Below are positions 9,376 through 18,539 of a DNA stretch of 36,779 nucleotides, in pieces. The notes below the pieces were generated by a model, which saw only the letters and a list, made by a program, of their open reading frames with translations, was not told the DNA's origin and did not search any database. The position numbers and the translations under genes were made by a program. This DNA comes from a virus: UHGV virus genome UHGV-0182470; one strand, written 5' to 3'. Position 1 is the first letter of the stretch; the number at the start of each line of letters is the position of its first letter.

Positions 9376-11117
9376 CAGGCATACTCCTCAACAATAACTA
9401 TTCCCGGGGCACCGTCACCTCCCGATTGAGCCTCACTTCCGGCAGGTGCGCAGGCTCCGCCTCCGCCAGCACCAAAGCCCTCAGCTTTACCACCACCACG
9501 TCCTCTGAATGATGAAGAACTTGCACCACCTATACCGCCTGAACCTAATGGTGTATCCCCCCCGGTACCACCTGCTACAGCTTTAACAGAGATAACCATT
9601 GCTCCTGGTGTTTTTGCACTACAGCGAAATGCTCTTAGTACAGTGCCGGACGATGTCGGACTGGCACCCCATGAAATACCCTGAATATATGATGTGTTTG
9701 CAGATGCTCCCCCCGCGCCACCGCCTGTACCACCAGGTGCAGTTATCATGGAACCGAAATAAGTTGTGCCACCTTCACTACCTGAATTTCTTCCGGCTCC
9801 CCCCCCTTTACCTGCAGCACCGATAATAACGTTGACTTCGAAATCATTATCAACCTCGAAAAATGCTTCAATAAATGCGCCGCTCAATCCAGCTCCGGCT
9901 GTTGCCTGCTGATTTTCTGTTGTTTCAGGAACCCCACCGCCGCCGCCGCCACCACCAGAGGCAATGACCCTTATCTTTTTTGTCCCTGGTGTTGGGATAT
10001 ATTTTCCAGAGCTTTTAAAAATATTCGTGTTTAACAAACGACCAGAGAATCTGGCTTCTCCCAAACCAAGGTATGCGAGAAGACCAGTTACATCCTTTCC
10101 ACTCAAATTAGTCAACGTATTGTCCAGCGGTTGTTTACCTGCCAGCGCATTAAGCATTGTCGTGGCAAAGTTCGGATCATTCCCCAGTGCCGCCGCCAGT
10201 TCGTTCAGTGTATCCAGTGCCGCAGGTGCAGAACCCACCATTGCTGCAATCGCTGATTTCACAAAAGCCGTAGTGGCAATCTGTGTATTGTTGACCGACT
10301 GCGCCGCCGTGGGGGCTGTTGGCGTTCCGGTGAGTACCGGACTCGACAGCGGCGCTTTCAGTGCCAGCGCATTGTTAATGGTGGTACTGAATTTCGGATC
10401 ATTGTTAATGGCTACGGCTATTTCTTTCAGCGTGTCCAGCGTGGCTGGCGCACCATTAATAAGAGCCGTCAGTGCCGCCTGAACAAATGCTGTGGTCGCA
10501 AGCTGCGTGGTATTATTCCCCGCCGCTGGCGTTGGCGCTTTGGGGGTTCCGGTAAACGTCGGACTTTCTTTGGGTGCATACTGTGAATGCGGGTCCGGTG
10601 CGGCAAGATGTTTTGCCATCAGGTCATCCACGTACACCTTCAACTCCAGTGCTTTGTCATCCACATACTTGCGGGTTGCCAGCACTACAGCAGGGTCGAT
10701 TTTCAGGGTGATATTGTCCGTGCTGCTGGTTATCAGCGCCATGCGCACGGTCTGGGTGCGCCCGCTGCCTTCAGCCAGTTGCGGCTTATAGCTTTCCGGG
10801 CAGTTGCCCACGGCAATCAATGCCCCGGACTCATCAAACAGGCCCACTTCACGGATCCACCAACCGCCCTCGTTTTCAGGGATCACCTGTTCGGCAATAA
10901 TCTGGCTGCTGTTCTGCGGGTCGATATAGAGCATATTCAGCGCAGCCCGGCGTTTCTCATTTACCAGTGCAGTCTGCTTTGCGTCCGGCGTTGGCAATCT
11001 TCCGCCGCCATCGCCGACCGCCATATGGGTAATTTTTAACGGCACACCGAGCGCGGCGGCGCTGGCAAGTTTCGCCGCGCCAATATCCGTCAGCAGGGTA
11101 TAAAATTTTGTGCTCAT
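9375..11117 (-). CDS. H: Tail fibre protein H (constant N-terminal part 10082-11117; variable C-terminal part inside invertible segment)
   Basis: 580-aa ORF with repeated QLATTAFV / QIATTAFV motifs and Gly-rich C-terminal region; follows baseplate gene I. Confidence 0.85.
   Translation of the reverse strand: MSTKFYTLLTDIGAAKLASAAALGVPLKITHMAVGDGGGRLPTPDAKQTALVNEKRRAALNMLYIDPQNSSQIIAEQVIPENEGGWWIREVGLFDESGALIAVGNCPESYKPQLAEGSGRTQTVRMALITSSTDNITLKIDPAVVLATRKYVDDKALELKVYVDDLMAKHLAAPDPHSQYAPKESPTFTGTPKAPTPAAGNNTTQLATTAFVQAALTALINGAPATLDTLKEIAVAINNDPKFSTTINNALALKAPLSSPVLTGTPTAPTAAQSVNNTQIATTAFVKSAIAAMVGSAPAALDTLNELAAALGNDPNFATTMLNALAGKQPLDNTLTNLSGKDVTGLLAYLGLGEARFSGRLLNTNIFKSSGKYIPTPGTKKIRVIASGGGGGGGGVPETTENQQATAGAGLSGAFIEAFFEVDNDFEVNVIIGAAGKGGGAGRNSGSEGGTTYFGSMITAPGGTGGGAGGASANTSYIQGISWGASPTSSGTVLRAFRCSAKTPGAMVISVKAVAGGTGGDTPLGSGGIGGASSSSFRGRGGGKAEGFGAGGGGACAPAGSEAQSGGDGAPGIVIVEEYA
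10056..10081. repeat. Invertase crossover site, right (inside tail-fibre gene H)
   Basis: TTCTCCCAAACCAAGGTATGCGAGAA, inverted relative to the 8601 site; encodes the GLGEA peptide shared by H and the silent alternative fibre segment. Confidence 0.75.
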
Positions 11118-11719
11118 GGATTCACTCTCATTGTGTCAATAACATGGACCGCCCCGCCTTCATGCACGGTGCCGCCAGAAATAATTGTTTCGTTGATATA
11201 CGGATAGATCGTGATTTCTTCGCCAAGATAGCTTGCAGCCCCCACCCAATGCGGACCGCTGGTCTGCAGATTGATGGACATGCCGATCATGTGACGGCTA
11301 CATGGTTTGGCATCGCTTATCAGCCGCTCAAGTTCCAGATAGGTATCTTCAGTGATGCCCTGGTCCTGCACGCCGATATCCAGGCGAAACGTGCCCGGTG
11401 TTTCTCCGGTCTGCCACCACTCAATAATGCGGATCAGGAATCCGAACGGTTCCACCACCCGCCGCACGGCACTGGTGGTTCCTTTATGCTGATGAATATA
11501 AAAAGCATCCTTCACTACCTGGCGTTTGACGCTTTCTGTCCAGCCCTCGTCCCAGCGATCCACAGAGAACGCCCAGGCGAGATAAGGCAGGAAGCTGACC
11601 GGACAGGTAGCCGGATTCCACAAATCACGAAGCGGCACCTGCAGATCAGAAATCCCGCTGCAGGTTTGCGCCAGTCGGCGCTCCAGTGGTGTTGAACCCG
11701 GTGGCAGCAGACTATTCAT
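11114..11719 (-). CDS. I: Baseplate/tail protein I
   Basis: 201-aa ORF; position between J and H and sequence consistent with P2 gpI. Confidence 0.85.
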   Translation of the reverse strand: MNSLLPPGSTPLERRLAQTCSGISDLQVPLRDLWNPATCPVSFLPYLAWAFSVDRWDEGWTESVKRQVVKDAFYIHQHKGTTSAVRRVVEPFGFLIRIIEWWQTGETPGTFRLDIGVQDQGITEDTYLELERLISDAKPCSRHMIGMSINLQTSGPHWVGAASYLGEEITIYPYINETIISGGTVHEGGAVHVIDTMRVNP

Positions 11720-12659
11720 CCGTTCCTCCGTTGGTTACGCTCCACTGCGTACATGATGCCGCCTGTGTTTTGTTCAGGACCACATCCGCCAGAGGAGAAG
11801 CCAGCTCCACACGCTGCACACCCTCAACATGCAGGGCGGCAAAGATGGCGCTACGGCGAATATCCCGCCCAAGACGCGTCTGACTGGCGATGTACTTCTG
11901 CAGGCTGGCTTTTGCCGCTGCCATTACCGGCTCTGCTTCCGGTCCCGGATAGAGAAAAATGCTGGCTTCCACGCGATACGGGATGATTTCTGCGCTGCGA
12001 ACCGTCAGACGGTCAGCCACCGGGCGGACGTTCTCACTGTTCAGAGCTTTTTCCACCACGTCCAGCAGGTCTTTTTCTGCAGTTCCGTCGCCTTCGCGAC
12101 TCAGGACAGTCAGCACCACCTCTGCAGGTGCCGGACTGGTTGCACTGGCATCCGCCACCCGACCGTCGGCGCTTCGGGCATGAAATTCATAAGCTGCAGT
12201 TGGCCCCGCAACTGATAGCCCTTCAAAGGCTGCAGCCACACGCAGGCGTAACGCTTCATCACTTTCCATCACAGCCGCGACGGGCGGCACAGCGTCATTA
12301 TCAGCAGGCGTCACCGTCAGGCGTTTCACGTTGTAATTGGCAGCGAGCTGGTCCAGATCGCTCCCTATGGCATAAGCCGCCATCACCGCCTGCGCGGCTT
12401 CGTTAATGCGCTGGCGCAGAAGCAACTCACGATAAGCGTTCTCCTGCAACAATTTGGTGACGGGTTCAGATTCCAGTTCCAGCGTGCGGATCACTGCTTC
12501 CTGCTCATCTTTCGGATGAAGCGCCACAAATTCTGCCTTGCGTTCGGCAAGCAGCGTCTCAAAGTCCGGCACATCCACAATCTGCGGCGCAGGCAACTGC
12601 GAAAGGTCAATCACTGCCATTCTCTGCTCCTGTTGATACGGAAAGGGAAACAGGCACAC
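11712..12659 (-). CDS. J: Baseplate assembly protein J
   Basis: 315-aa ORF between W and I. Confidence 0.85.
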   Translation of the reverse strand: MCLFPFPYQQEQRMAVIDLSQLPAPQIVDVPDFETLLAERKAEFVALHPKDEQEAVIRTLELESEPVTKLLQENAYRELLLRQRINEAAQAVMAAYAIGSDLDQLAANYNVKRLTVTPADNDAVPPVAAVMESDEALRLRVAAAFEGLSVAGPTAAYEFHARSADGRVADASATSPAPAEVVLTVLSREGDGTAEKDLLDVVEKALNSENVRPVADRLTVRSAEIIPYRVEASIFLYPGPEAEPVMAAAKASLQKYIASQTRLGRDIRRSAIFAALHVEGVQRVELASPLADVVLNKTQAASCTQWSVTNGGTDE

Positions 12660-12966
12660 CGTTATTACGCCGCCCGATCAGCTCCACCACCATTGAACCG
12701 TCAAAATTGCTATTGATGGTGATGGAATCCAGCGTCAGCCGTGGCTCCCAGCGACTCAGCGCCACATACACTGCCGACATGACCTGCAGGCGTAATGCCG
12801 GATTTTGTGGCTGGTCTATCAGTGTCGACAGCAGGGAACCATATTCACGACGGGCAATGCGGCTACCCTGCGGTGTCAGTAGAATGTCCCGCACCGACTG
12901 ACGCAGATGGTCAATATCAGTAATGGCTTTACCGCTGGTATTGTTCATCCCGCTATAAAGCGTCAT
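12607..12966 (-). CDS. W: Baseplate protein W (gp25-like)
   Basis: 119-aa ORF, position and size match P2 gpW. Confidence 0.85.
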   Translation of the reverse strand: MTLYSGMNNTSGKAITDIDHLRQSVRDILLTPQGSRIARREYGSLLSTLIDQPQNPALRLQVMSAVYVALSRWEPRLTLDSITINSNFDGSMVVELIGRRNNGVPVSLSVSTGAENGSD

Positions 12967-13541
12967 ACCGGGCCTCCGGTTGTGTCGCCGCCTTTCAGGA
13001 CGCCAGTATGCTGATGTGCATCAACCACAATTCCGTTAGAACTCATTGCACCGCCGCCCTGGGTAACACCACCATTGATCACTACTTCGCTGTTAATGCG
13101 TGTGCGGTCAGCCTCCAGTACAAACTCACTGGTTTTCATGGTGATATTGTCGGCGGTCTCAATGACCATTGATTTGATGCCCCTGACATACCAGCGCCCG
13201 GTGGCGGGTTCGTATTCAAACCAGCCGCCGTCAGGATGCTCTGTCACGCAGGCATCCGCCGACGTCGACGGTGGTGCGAACTGATTCGAATAGATGGCGG
13301 GCAGCGCAAACGCGGTTTCAAGATTTCCGCCCAGACTCAGCAGCACCACCTGCTCACCTTCCGATGGTTTCCACCATGTGCGGGCATTCCCGGCACGCAG
13401 CGTCAGCCAGCTGATCCAGTTGGTTTCGAGGTCGCCAGTTTTCACCCGACACAGCCAGTTTGCCCTGTCCACTTCGGTGACTACACCTGTGCGGATCAGG
13501 TTGGTGATAAGGCGCATGATTTCGGTTAATTGTGCGTTCAT
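12963..13541 (-). CDS. V: Baseplate spike/hub protein V
   Basis: 192-aa ORF MNAQLTEIMRLITNLIRTGVV... resembling P2 gpV. Confidence 0.85.
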   Translation of the reverse strand: MNAQLTEIMRLITNLIRTGVVTEVDRANWLCRVKTGDLETNWISWLTLRAGNARTWWKPSEGEQVVLLSLGGNLETAFALPAIYSNQFAPPSTSADACVTEHPDGGWFEYEPATGRWYVRGIKSMVIETADNITMKTSEFVLEADRTRINSEVVINGGVTQGGGAMSSNGIVVDAHQHTGVLKGGDTTGGPV

Positions 13542-13761
13542 AGGGAAAGGTTGCCATCAATAGCAAGCAGTAGACAGCCTTTGTAATTGTATTAGACATA
13601 GAACAAATGCCTTTCAATGGTCTGCGTTAGAGCATTAATACGTTGCAAAAGGTCGAATGACGTTGCGCAAGTTAAGAAGTTCAATGCTCTTAAAAAAGCA
13701 CTTGAAAGCTACGCCTTTAATTATTAAAAGCCAATTAATTTAGGCAGTTACTATGTTATCT

Positions 13762-13793
13762 TTGACACAAAAGATGTTTATTGACAATATATA
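13762..13793 (+). promoter_or_regulatory. Putative sigma70 promoter of the DUF262 cargo gene
   Basis: TTGACA at 13762-13767 followed ~17-18 bp later by AT-rich -10-like hexamer (CAATAT/AATATA); ATG at 13820 with AAGGAG RBS. Confidence 0.35.
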
Positions 13794-13819
13794 AATTCAA
13801 TCTAACAAGGAGAAAAATT

Positions 13820-15595
13820 ATGCCAAATGAAAATCTTGATATTGACTCAAGGACTACCGAGCAATTATACGAATGGTATTTGCAAGGAAATTTGATAGTC
13901 AATAGACGTTATCAAAGGAAACTTGTATGGTCTCTAGAAGAAAAGACTTCTTTAATATCTTCTATGCTGCAACAATATCCTATTCCGTTATTATTATTTG
14001 TTACCATCAATGAACAAAGAGAAATATTGGATGGAATGCAAAGATTAGAAGCAATTATGAGCTTCATCGAACAGAGATTTTCATTAGATGGACAATATTT
14101 TGATTTGGACTCTATAGCTTTAACAAAACAACTTAAAGATAATGGAACTTTAATTCAGAAAGAACCAATCCTTTCCCGTGATTCTTCAGCAATTATTGCA
14201 CGTTATCGATTTGCAATATCAGAATATAGCTCCACAAATGAAAATATTGACGAAGTATTCAGACGAATAAACTCAAACGGGAAGATTTTATCCAAACAAG
14301 AATTACGTAGTGCAGGAACAGTTAGTAACTTCTCTGAACTGGTCAGATCGATATCAACATCGATCAGAGGTGATACTAGCCATTCTGACATTATGAATCT
14401 CCAGCAAATGCACAAAATTTCAATCAGTAACGATAGATTGGAGTACGGGGTAAATATCGATAACCACTTTTATATAAAACATCATATTTTAACAAGACGA
14501 AGTATTCGTGATTCTGATGACGAGGAATTGATAGCCAATATCCTTGCATATATCAGTCTAGAAGAAAAACCCACATCTGGGTCAACTTCTCTCGACACAT
14601 TCTATGGTCAAGGAAACTCCTCTCATGCTCATGGTGTCAGACAGCAATTAGAGTCTTTCATTCAAACCAATAACGCTGCCACTATTAAGCAGAATTTCAT
14701 AGCTGTATATGAATTAATTACAAGCCTATATGACGGAAAAAATGATACTTTTAGAAGCCATATTTTAGGGGAGGATAATTCATCTCAAGAATGCCCTCGT
14801 TATTATCAAGCTGTGTTTTTGTCTATTTATGAACTTCTTTTCAACCAAAATATGCAATTAATTGATAAAGAAGGTTTATTCTCGCAATTAAAAAACACTG
14901 GCAATACCATAATTATGGTTACCGATGGTGGCCGCTGGGCTGCAAGCACTCGTGAAAAAAGTGTTAATGATCTTGTTGCATTAATAAGTCGCTACTTCCA
15001 ACCTGCTCCTCAAAAGTATGTGAATCATGCTTGGGTAACTGAAATTCGCAATCTATTAACAAATTCTAGAACTGAACAACCAAGTTATGATTTCAAACAG
15101 GGGTTCTTTAATTTATCAGGTAAAAATGAATTTGATGATGAATGTTTAAAAGGAATATTACAAACTTGCGTAGCAATAAATAATATTGGAAAAAGCGCAA
15201 AAGGCTATATTTTAGTTGGTATTGCCGAAAATAAATTAACCGCAGATAGAATTCAACATTTATATGGAGTAAATTCAATTGAGTTCAATGGGTTCTATAT
15301 AAACGGAATTGATCATGAAGCAATGTTAGTCTCTGGTAGCATTGATGGTTACTTTATGTTAATAAAACAAAAAATACAAGGATACAATTTCACTGAAACT
15401 CTAAAACAGCAGATACTTAAGAATATTGAGTTTTGCTCTTACAATGGCTTACACATACTCAAGATAACTATTCAGAGCACAGGTCAAATTTGCGACTTTG
15501 AGAATATGTTTTATATCAGACAAGGCTCATCGACTGATCCAGTTACGGATACACAAAAAATCTCAGCCCTATTTAACTCTTACATGAACAGCTAA
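13820..15595 (+). CDS. DUF262 (ParB/GmrS-like N-terminal domain) protein, candidate defence cargo gene
   Basis: 591 aa from ATG 13820 (AAGGAG RBS; ORF track start 13781 is upstream in frame); N-terminal region ...RRYQRKLVWS...ILDGMQRLEAI matches the DGQQR signature region of DUF262; visibly AT-rich relative to flanking phage genes; opposite strand to S and V. Confidence 0.7.
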   Translation: MPNENLDIDSRTTEQLYEWYLQGNLIVNRRYQRKLVWSLEEKTSLISSMLQQYPIPLLLFVTINEQREILDGMQRLEAIMSFIEQRFSLDGQYFDLDSIALTKQLKDNGTLIQKEPILSRDSSAIIARYRFAISEYSSTNENIDEVFRRINSNGKILSKQELRSAGTVSNFSELVRSISTSIRGDTSHSDIMNLQQMHKISISNDRLEYGVNIDNHFYIKHHILTRRSIRDSDDEELIANILAYISLEEKPTSGSTSLDTFYGQGNSSHAHGVRQQLESFIQTNNAATIKQNFIAVYELITSLYDGKNDTFRSHILGEDNSSQECPRYYQAVFLSIYELLFNQNMQLIDKEGLFSQLKNTGNTIIMVTDGGRWAASTREKSVNDLVALISRYFQPAPQKYVNHAWVTEIRNLLTNSRTEQPSYDFKQGFFNLSGKNEFDDECLKGILQTCVAINNIGKSAKGYILVGIAENKLTADRIQHLYGVNSIEFNGFYINGIDHEAMLVSGSIDGYFMLIKQKIQGYNFTETLKQQILKNIEFCSYNGLHILKITIQSTGQICDFENMFYIRQGSSTDPVTDTQKISALFNSYMNS

Positions 15596-15638
15596 TCAAT
15601 CGCCATCTCCACAGGAGCTGGCTTATGGATAAAAACAA

Positions 15639-15672
15639 AAGACGAGAGGGTTATTTAAACCTCCTCGTCTTT
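15639..15672. terminator. Bidirectional rho-independent terminator between DUF262 gene and S
   Basis: AAGACGAGAGGG ... CCTCCTCGTCTT hairpin flanked by A-tract upstream and TTATTTTG downstream. Confidence 0.6.
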
Positions 15673-16117
15673 ATTTTGATAGCTCCTCCTTTATGCTCAT
15701 AATAATATTTTCTTCTGTTTTATAAGATAAGCCCAATAAAGTACGTTGCGGATATTTCGCGATTAAACCTTTTTTATTTACGCGATCACGCAGACCGTAA
15801 TGGTGAACACGGGCAATGCGCTGTACCTTACCTTCAAACTGTACGCTGGCAGAATCGGCGCTGGCGGCAGTTTTCAGGTATTTTGTGGTGCGCAGCTTTG
15901 CAAACATCTGACGTTTGATACGCCCCTTTTTACTGCGTGCTGTTACCCGTCGCGGTTCATAACTACTGCCATCTGGATTGCGCTGCATCCTGATGTTCTT
16001 CTGTTGTGTCCTGCGCAGTTCCTGCGCCAGTTGGCGCATCATGCGGCTTCTTGCGGCTGGTTCCAGATTCGCCAGCAAGGCACTCAGCCAGTCGTCAACT
16101 TTCTGCAGTTCAGCCAC
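15671..16117 (-). CDS. S: Tail completion protein S
   Basis: 148-aa ORF, position after R; P2 gpS-like. Confidence 0.85.
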   Translation of the reverse strand: MAELQKVDDWLSALLANLEPAARSRMMRQLAQELRRTQQKNIRMQRNPDGSSYEPRRVTARSKKGRIKRQMFAKLRTTKYLKTAASADSASVQFEGKVQRIARVHHYGLRDRVNKKGLIAKYPQRTLLGLSYKTEENIIMSIKEELSK

Positions 16118-16562
16118 GTTTCACCGTCCACATTTCTTCAGGTTCATCAGGTTCCGCTACCGCTTCAACGTTCGACACGCTGCCGTCAGTGCTGACCAGC
16201 ACACGTTCCGTCAGTTGCAGGTTAAGGCTGATATCACAGACATCGTTACGCAGAATATCCACCTCAAAGGTAAATAGTTTTTCCCGTAACGCCGGGTTAT
16301 TGATGGCATCGGGCTGGTTATCCCGCAGCCACAGCAAAACCGGGGCCATCAGCAGATTCTGGTCGCCGCTGAAATCCTCAATCACCGCGTTCAGGGTGTA
16401 ACGGTACTCCCACGACATGGAGCTGGCCCCCGTGGCAACCAGCGAACCGTTATCCACAAACAGATGCAGTTTGTCCGGGTTATTGCGGACATAAGGCACC
16501 GCTTTACTGAGGGCGTGGCGCAGGGATTGTGGTTTGTTCACTGTTTCGCTCCTGACACGCAA
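16110..16562 (-). CDS. R: Tail completion protein R (true start probably internal to the tracked ORF)
   Basis: 150-aa ORF preceding S; overlaps end of lysC. Confidence 0.8.
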   Translation of the reverse strand: MRVRSETVNKPQSLRHALSKAVPYVRNNPDKLHLFVDNGSLVATGASSMSWEYRYTLNAVIEDFSGDQNLLMAPVLLWLRDNQPDAINNPALREKLFTFEVDILRNDVCDISLNLQLTERVLVSTDGSVSNVEAVAEPDEPEEMWTVKRG

Positions 16563-16794
16563 TAATCATGTCCACTTTGTCTGCACAGACCGTCCAGGCG
16601 GCCTCCGTTTCATCCAGCAACGCGTTCAGATCACCGTTAGTGCGCGGCGTTGCCTGAGCCAGCCGACACGGCGTCACTCGCGGACAACCACTGACGGTAA
16701 GCTGTACCTCCGGTGAGTGCCGGACGTTCCCGCAGCCGGATAATGTCAGCAGGCAAAGGAGTATCAGCCCAGCGGCGTAAATCCTCGTTCTCAC
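16504..16794 (-). CDS. lysC: o-spanin LysC (outer-membrane lipoprotein, Rz1-like)
   Basis: Signal peptide with lipobox LTLSGC; ORF starts inside lysB in another frame, as in P2 lysB/lysC. Confidence 0.8.
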   Translation of the reverse strand: MRTRIYAAGLILLCLLTLSGCGNVRHSPEVQLTVSGCPRVTPCRLAQATPRTNGDLNALLDETEAAWTVCADKVDMIIACQERNSEQTTIPAPRPQ

Positions 16795-17065
16795 GTTTCA
16801 GTTCCTCAATCCGGTGTTGTCGTTGTCTCAGCAGCGCGCTGGTCTGTTCTGCTTCGGCATAGAGCCGCGCCTGCTCCCGGTTATTGGTTTCAGTCAGAAT
16901 GGACAGACCGATCAGCTGGCTGTTTTTCTTCGTCAGTTCCTGCGCTTTACTTTTCAGCGCCGTGCGCTGCGTTTCGATGGTGTGGCTGGCGCTGTTAAGC
17001 CGCCACGACTGCCAGCCCAGCGCAACGAGTGCCAGCGCCACCACTACTGCCAGTGCACGCGTCAT
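16637..17065 (-). CDS. lysB: i-spanin LysB (Rz-like)
   Basis: N-terminal TM helix (ALAVVVALALVALGW) followed by coiled-coil region; downstream of endolysin. Confidence 0.8.
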   Translation of the reverse strand: MTRALAVVVALALVALGWQSWRLNSASHTIETQRTALKSKAQELTKKNSQLIGLSILTETNNREQARLYAEAEQTSALLRQRQHRIEELKRENEDLRRWADTPLPADIIRLRERPALTGGTAYRQWLSASDAVSAGSGNAAH

Positions 17066-17577
17066 AGTCCAGCTCCTTTAAGGCACCAGGCCATCTCCCG
17101 CGCACGGCGGTTATCCAGCCCCTGATTAAACACACCTTTTACATAAACCCAGCGCGGCAACTGTCGGCATGCATCCGCCCAGCGCCGCTGATTGAGTAAT
17201 TTCACCAGTGTGGAACTGCAGGCATTGCTAGTTCCCACGTTGAAGGCAAACGACACCACCGAGTCATACACCTTTTGCGGCGGCTGTTGCTTCACACACC
17301 TTTCCAGCACCCGCTCCACACGCAGCACATTAGAGATCAGTCCTTCTGCTGCCTGTCGTTCCGTAATGGTTTTGCCGGGAATGACGCCCGATGTATTACC
17401 AATGCCGTCGGTCCAGACACCCGCGCTGCACTGATACGGCTGCAGACGACAGCCTTCGTAATCGGCAATCAGTTTCACCCCCTCTACGGAGGTGTGAAGC
17501 TGCTGAAAACCCGGCAGAGTGGCAGCAATAGCCAGCACGGTCCCGACAAGGCAACGTTTAACGATTGATGGATTCAT
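17062..17577 (-). CDS. K: Endolysin, SAR-type lysozyme (P21 R-like)
   Basis: N-terminal hydrophobic SAR-like segment (CLVGTVLAIAATLPG), lysozyme core, C-terminal ...LRRWVYVKG...RRAREMAWCL resembling P21 R. Confidence 0.8.
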   Translation of the reverse strand: MNPSIVKRCLVGTVLAIAATLPGFQQLHTSVEGVKLIADYEGCRLQPYQCSAGVWTDGIGNTSGVIPGKTITERQAAEGLISNVLRVERVLERCVKQQPPQKVYDSVVSFAFNVGTSNACSSTLVKLLNQRRWADACRQLPRWVYVKGVFNQGLDNRRAREMAWCLKGAGL

Positions 17578-17773
17578 AATCCTCCCGCGAGATCTGCCCG
17601 TCGCGCAGAAGCTGGTAGGCTTTGTGTTTGTAGTACCAGTTGATAGCCAGCATCAGCACACCAATCATCAGGCCACCCAGCGTTGAGGCATCCTTGATGG
17701 ACAAATCGCCCAGCCAGGCCAGCACGACGGCGATGCAATACGTGATAAAGGCGCTGATTCGCTCAAGCGTCAT
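17558..17773 (-). CDS. Y: Holin (two predicted TM segments)
   Basis: 71-aa ORF with two hydrophobic helices, immediately upstream of endolysin. Confidence 0.7.
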   Translation of the reverse strand: MTLERISAFITYCIAVVLAWLGDLSIKDASTLGGLMIGVLMLAINWYYKHKAYQLLRDGQISREDYESINR

Positions 17774-17776
17774 AAT

Positions 17777-17980
17777 TCAGTCCCATAGCTGGACGGTCTG
17801 CACGGTGGTGGTTGTCGGAATGTCCGGCAGCTCCACCTGCAGCCCGTGAGGTAAAAAGGGGCCGTATTCGGCAAGCCCCGGATTTGCCTTCAGTACCTGC
17901 TCCGTGACACCCTGCGTGCGCCCGTAATGACGCCAGCAAAGTGCGTCCACCGTGTCATACTGATGCGCACGCACTTTCAT
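17777..17980 (-). CDS. X: Tail protein X
   Basis: 67-aa ORF between L and holin, P2 gpX-like. Confidence 0.8.
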   Translation of the reverse strand: MKVRAHQYDTVDALCWRHYGRTQGVTEQVLKANPGLAEYGPFLPHGLQVELPDIPTTTTVQTVQLWD

Positions 17981-18507
17981 CAGATAAGCTCCACTGTGCA
18001 GTGCGGCGCATCCTGCACCCGGCTGATGGCCCAGCGGGCGTCACGCCATAAATCACCGCTTGCTTCCGCCAGTTCCTCGCCTCGCTTCGCACCGGATGCC
18101 GTGGCGTCATAGTCCTGGTAACGTTCGTTGAGCATGGCGCGTGCCCAGCAGTAAACCGCGTTGAAATAGTGCTGAATGCGCTCGCTTTTGCCGTCCAGTT
18201 GTTCCGCCGGGACTTCTGCCAGCGAGGCATACCCCAGCATCTGCTGGCGTCTGCGAAACTCATACAGCTCTGCGTTGACCTCCGAAATTGCCGACAGCGC
18301 AACCTGCTTTAAACGCGGCTGCGTCACTGTGCCGTCAGTGCGCATGACACTGCGAAACTCCGACAGGTCCACATCAGGCCAGAACGGCGTATTTCTGATG
18401 ATTTCCGCCTGTTCCGGTGCCTGTTCTGGCGCAACAAACTTCATGCTGCTTTCTCCTGAAATAGAGGGCGGTGGACGGAGTTTTGATGTGGCTGTGTCTT
18501 TCGCCAC
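17980..18507 (-). CDS. L: Head completion/stabilisation protein L
   Basis: 175-aa ORF following M. Confidence 0.85.
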   Translation of the reverse strand: MAKDTATSKLRPPPSISGESSMKFVAPEQAPEQAEIIRNTPFWPDVDLSEFRSVMRTDGTVTQPRLKQVALSAISEVNAELYEFRRRQQMLGYASLAEVPAEQLDGKSERIQHYFNAVYCWARAMLNERYQDYDATASGAKRGEELAEASGDLWRDARWAISRVQDAPHCTVELI

Positions 18508-18539
18508 CCCGTGCCGCCCGTGCGCGGGGGCACGTTCTG

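Larger units (their letters stand above)
8601..10081. other. Invertible tail-fibre host-range segment (G/C-segment-like)
   Basis: Bounded by inverted crossover sites; contains the expressed fibre C-terminus plus chaperone on the minus strand and a start-less alternative fibre C-terminus plus small ORF on the plus strand. Confidence 0.7.

Noticed and set aside
9420-9960. Runs of GGN/GCC codons (poly-Gly tract GGGGGGGG in fibre protein) as a possible tandem repeat or CRISPR-like array
   Set aside because: They are in-frame coding repeats of the tail-fibre C-terminus; no repeat-spacer architecture anywhere in the window.
9599-11039. Plus-strand ORFs (9964-10482, 10492-10791, 10587-11039) opposite tail-fibre gene H
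   Set aside because: Antisense artefacts of the repetitive Gly/Ala/Thr-rich fibre gene.
11108-12406. Plus-strand ORFs opposite baseplate genes I and J
   Set aside because: Antisense to conserved baseplate genes with coupled starts and stops; no independent support.
13578-13595. TGT-N12-ACA dyad (TGTATTAGACATAGAACA) upstream of V as a late promoter
   Set aside because: Lacks the extended flank similarity of the other two sites and is only ~45 bp from the V start codon, too close for a site centred near -55; such dyads occur by chance several times in 36 kb.
17062-17577. Missing lysA between endolysin and lysB as a deletion
   Set aside because: K stop and lysB start are coupled (ATGA overlap) with no remnant sequence; more consistent with a lysis cassette type that never contained lysA.
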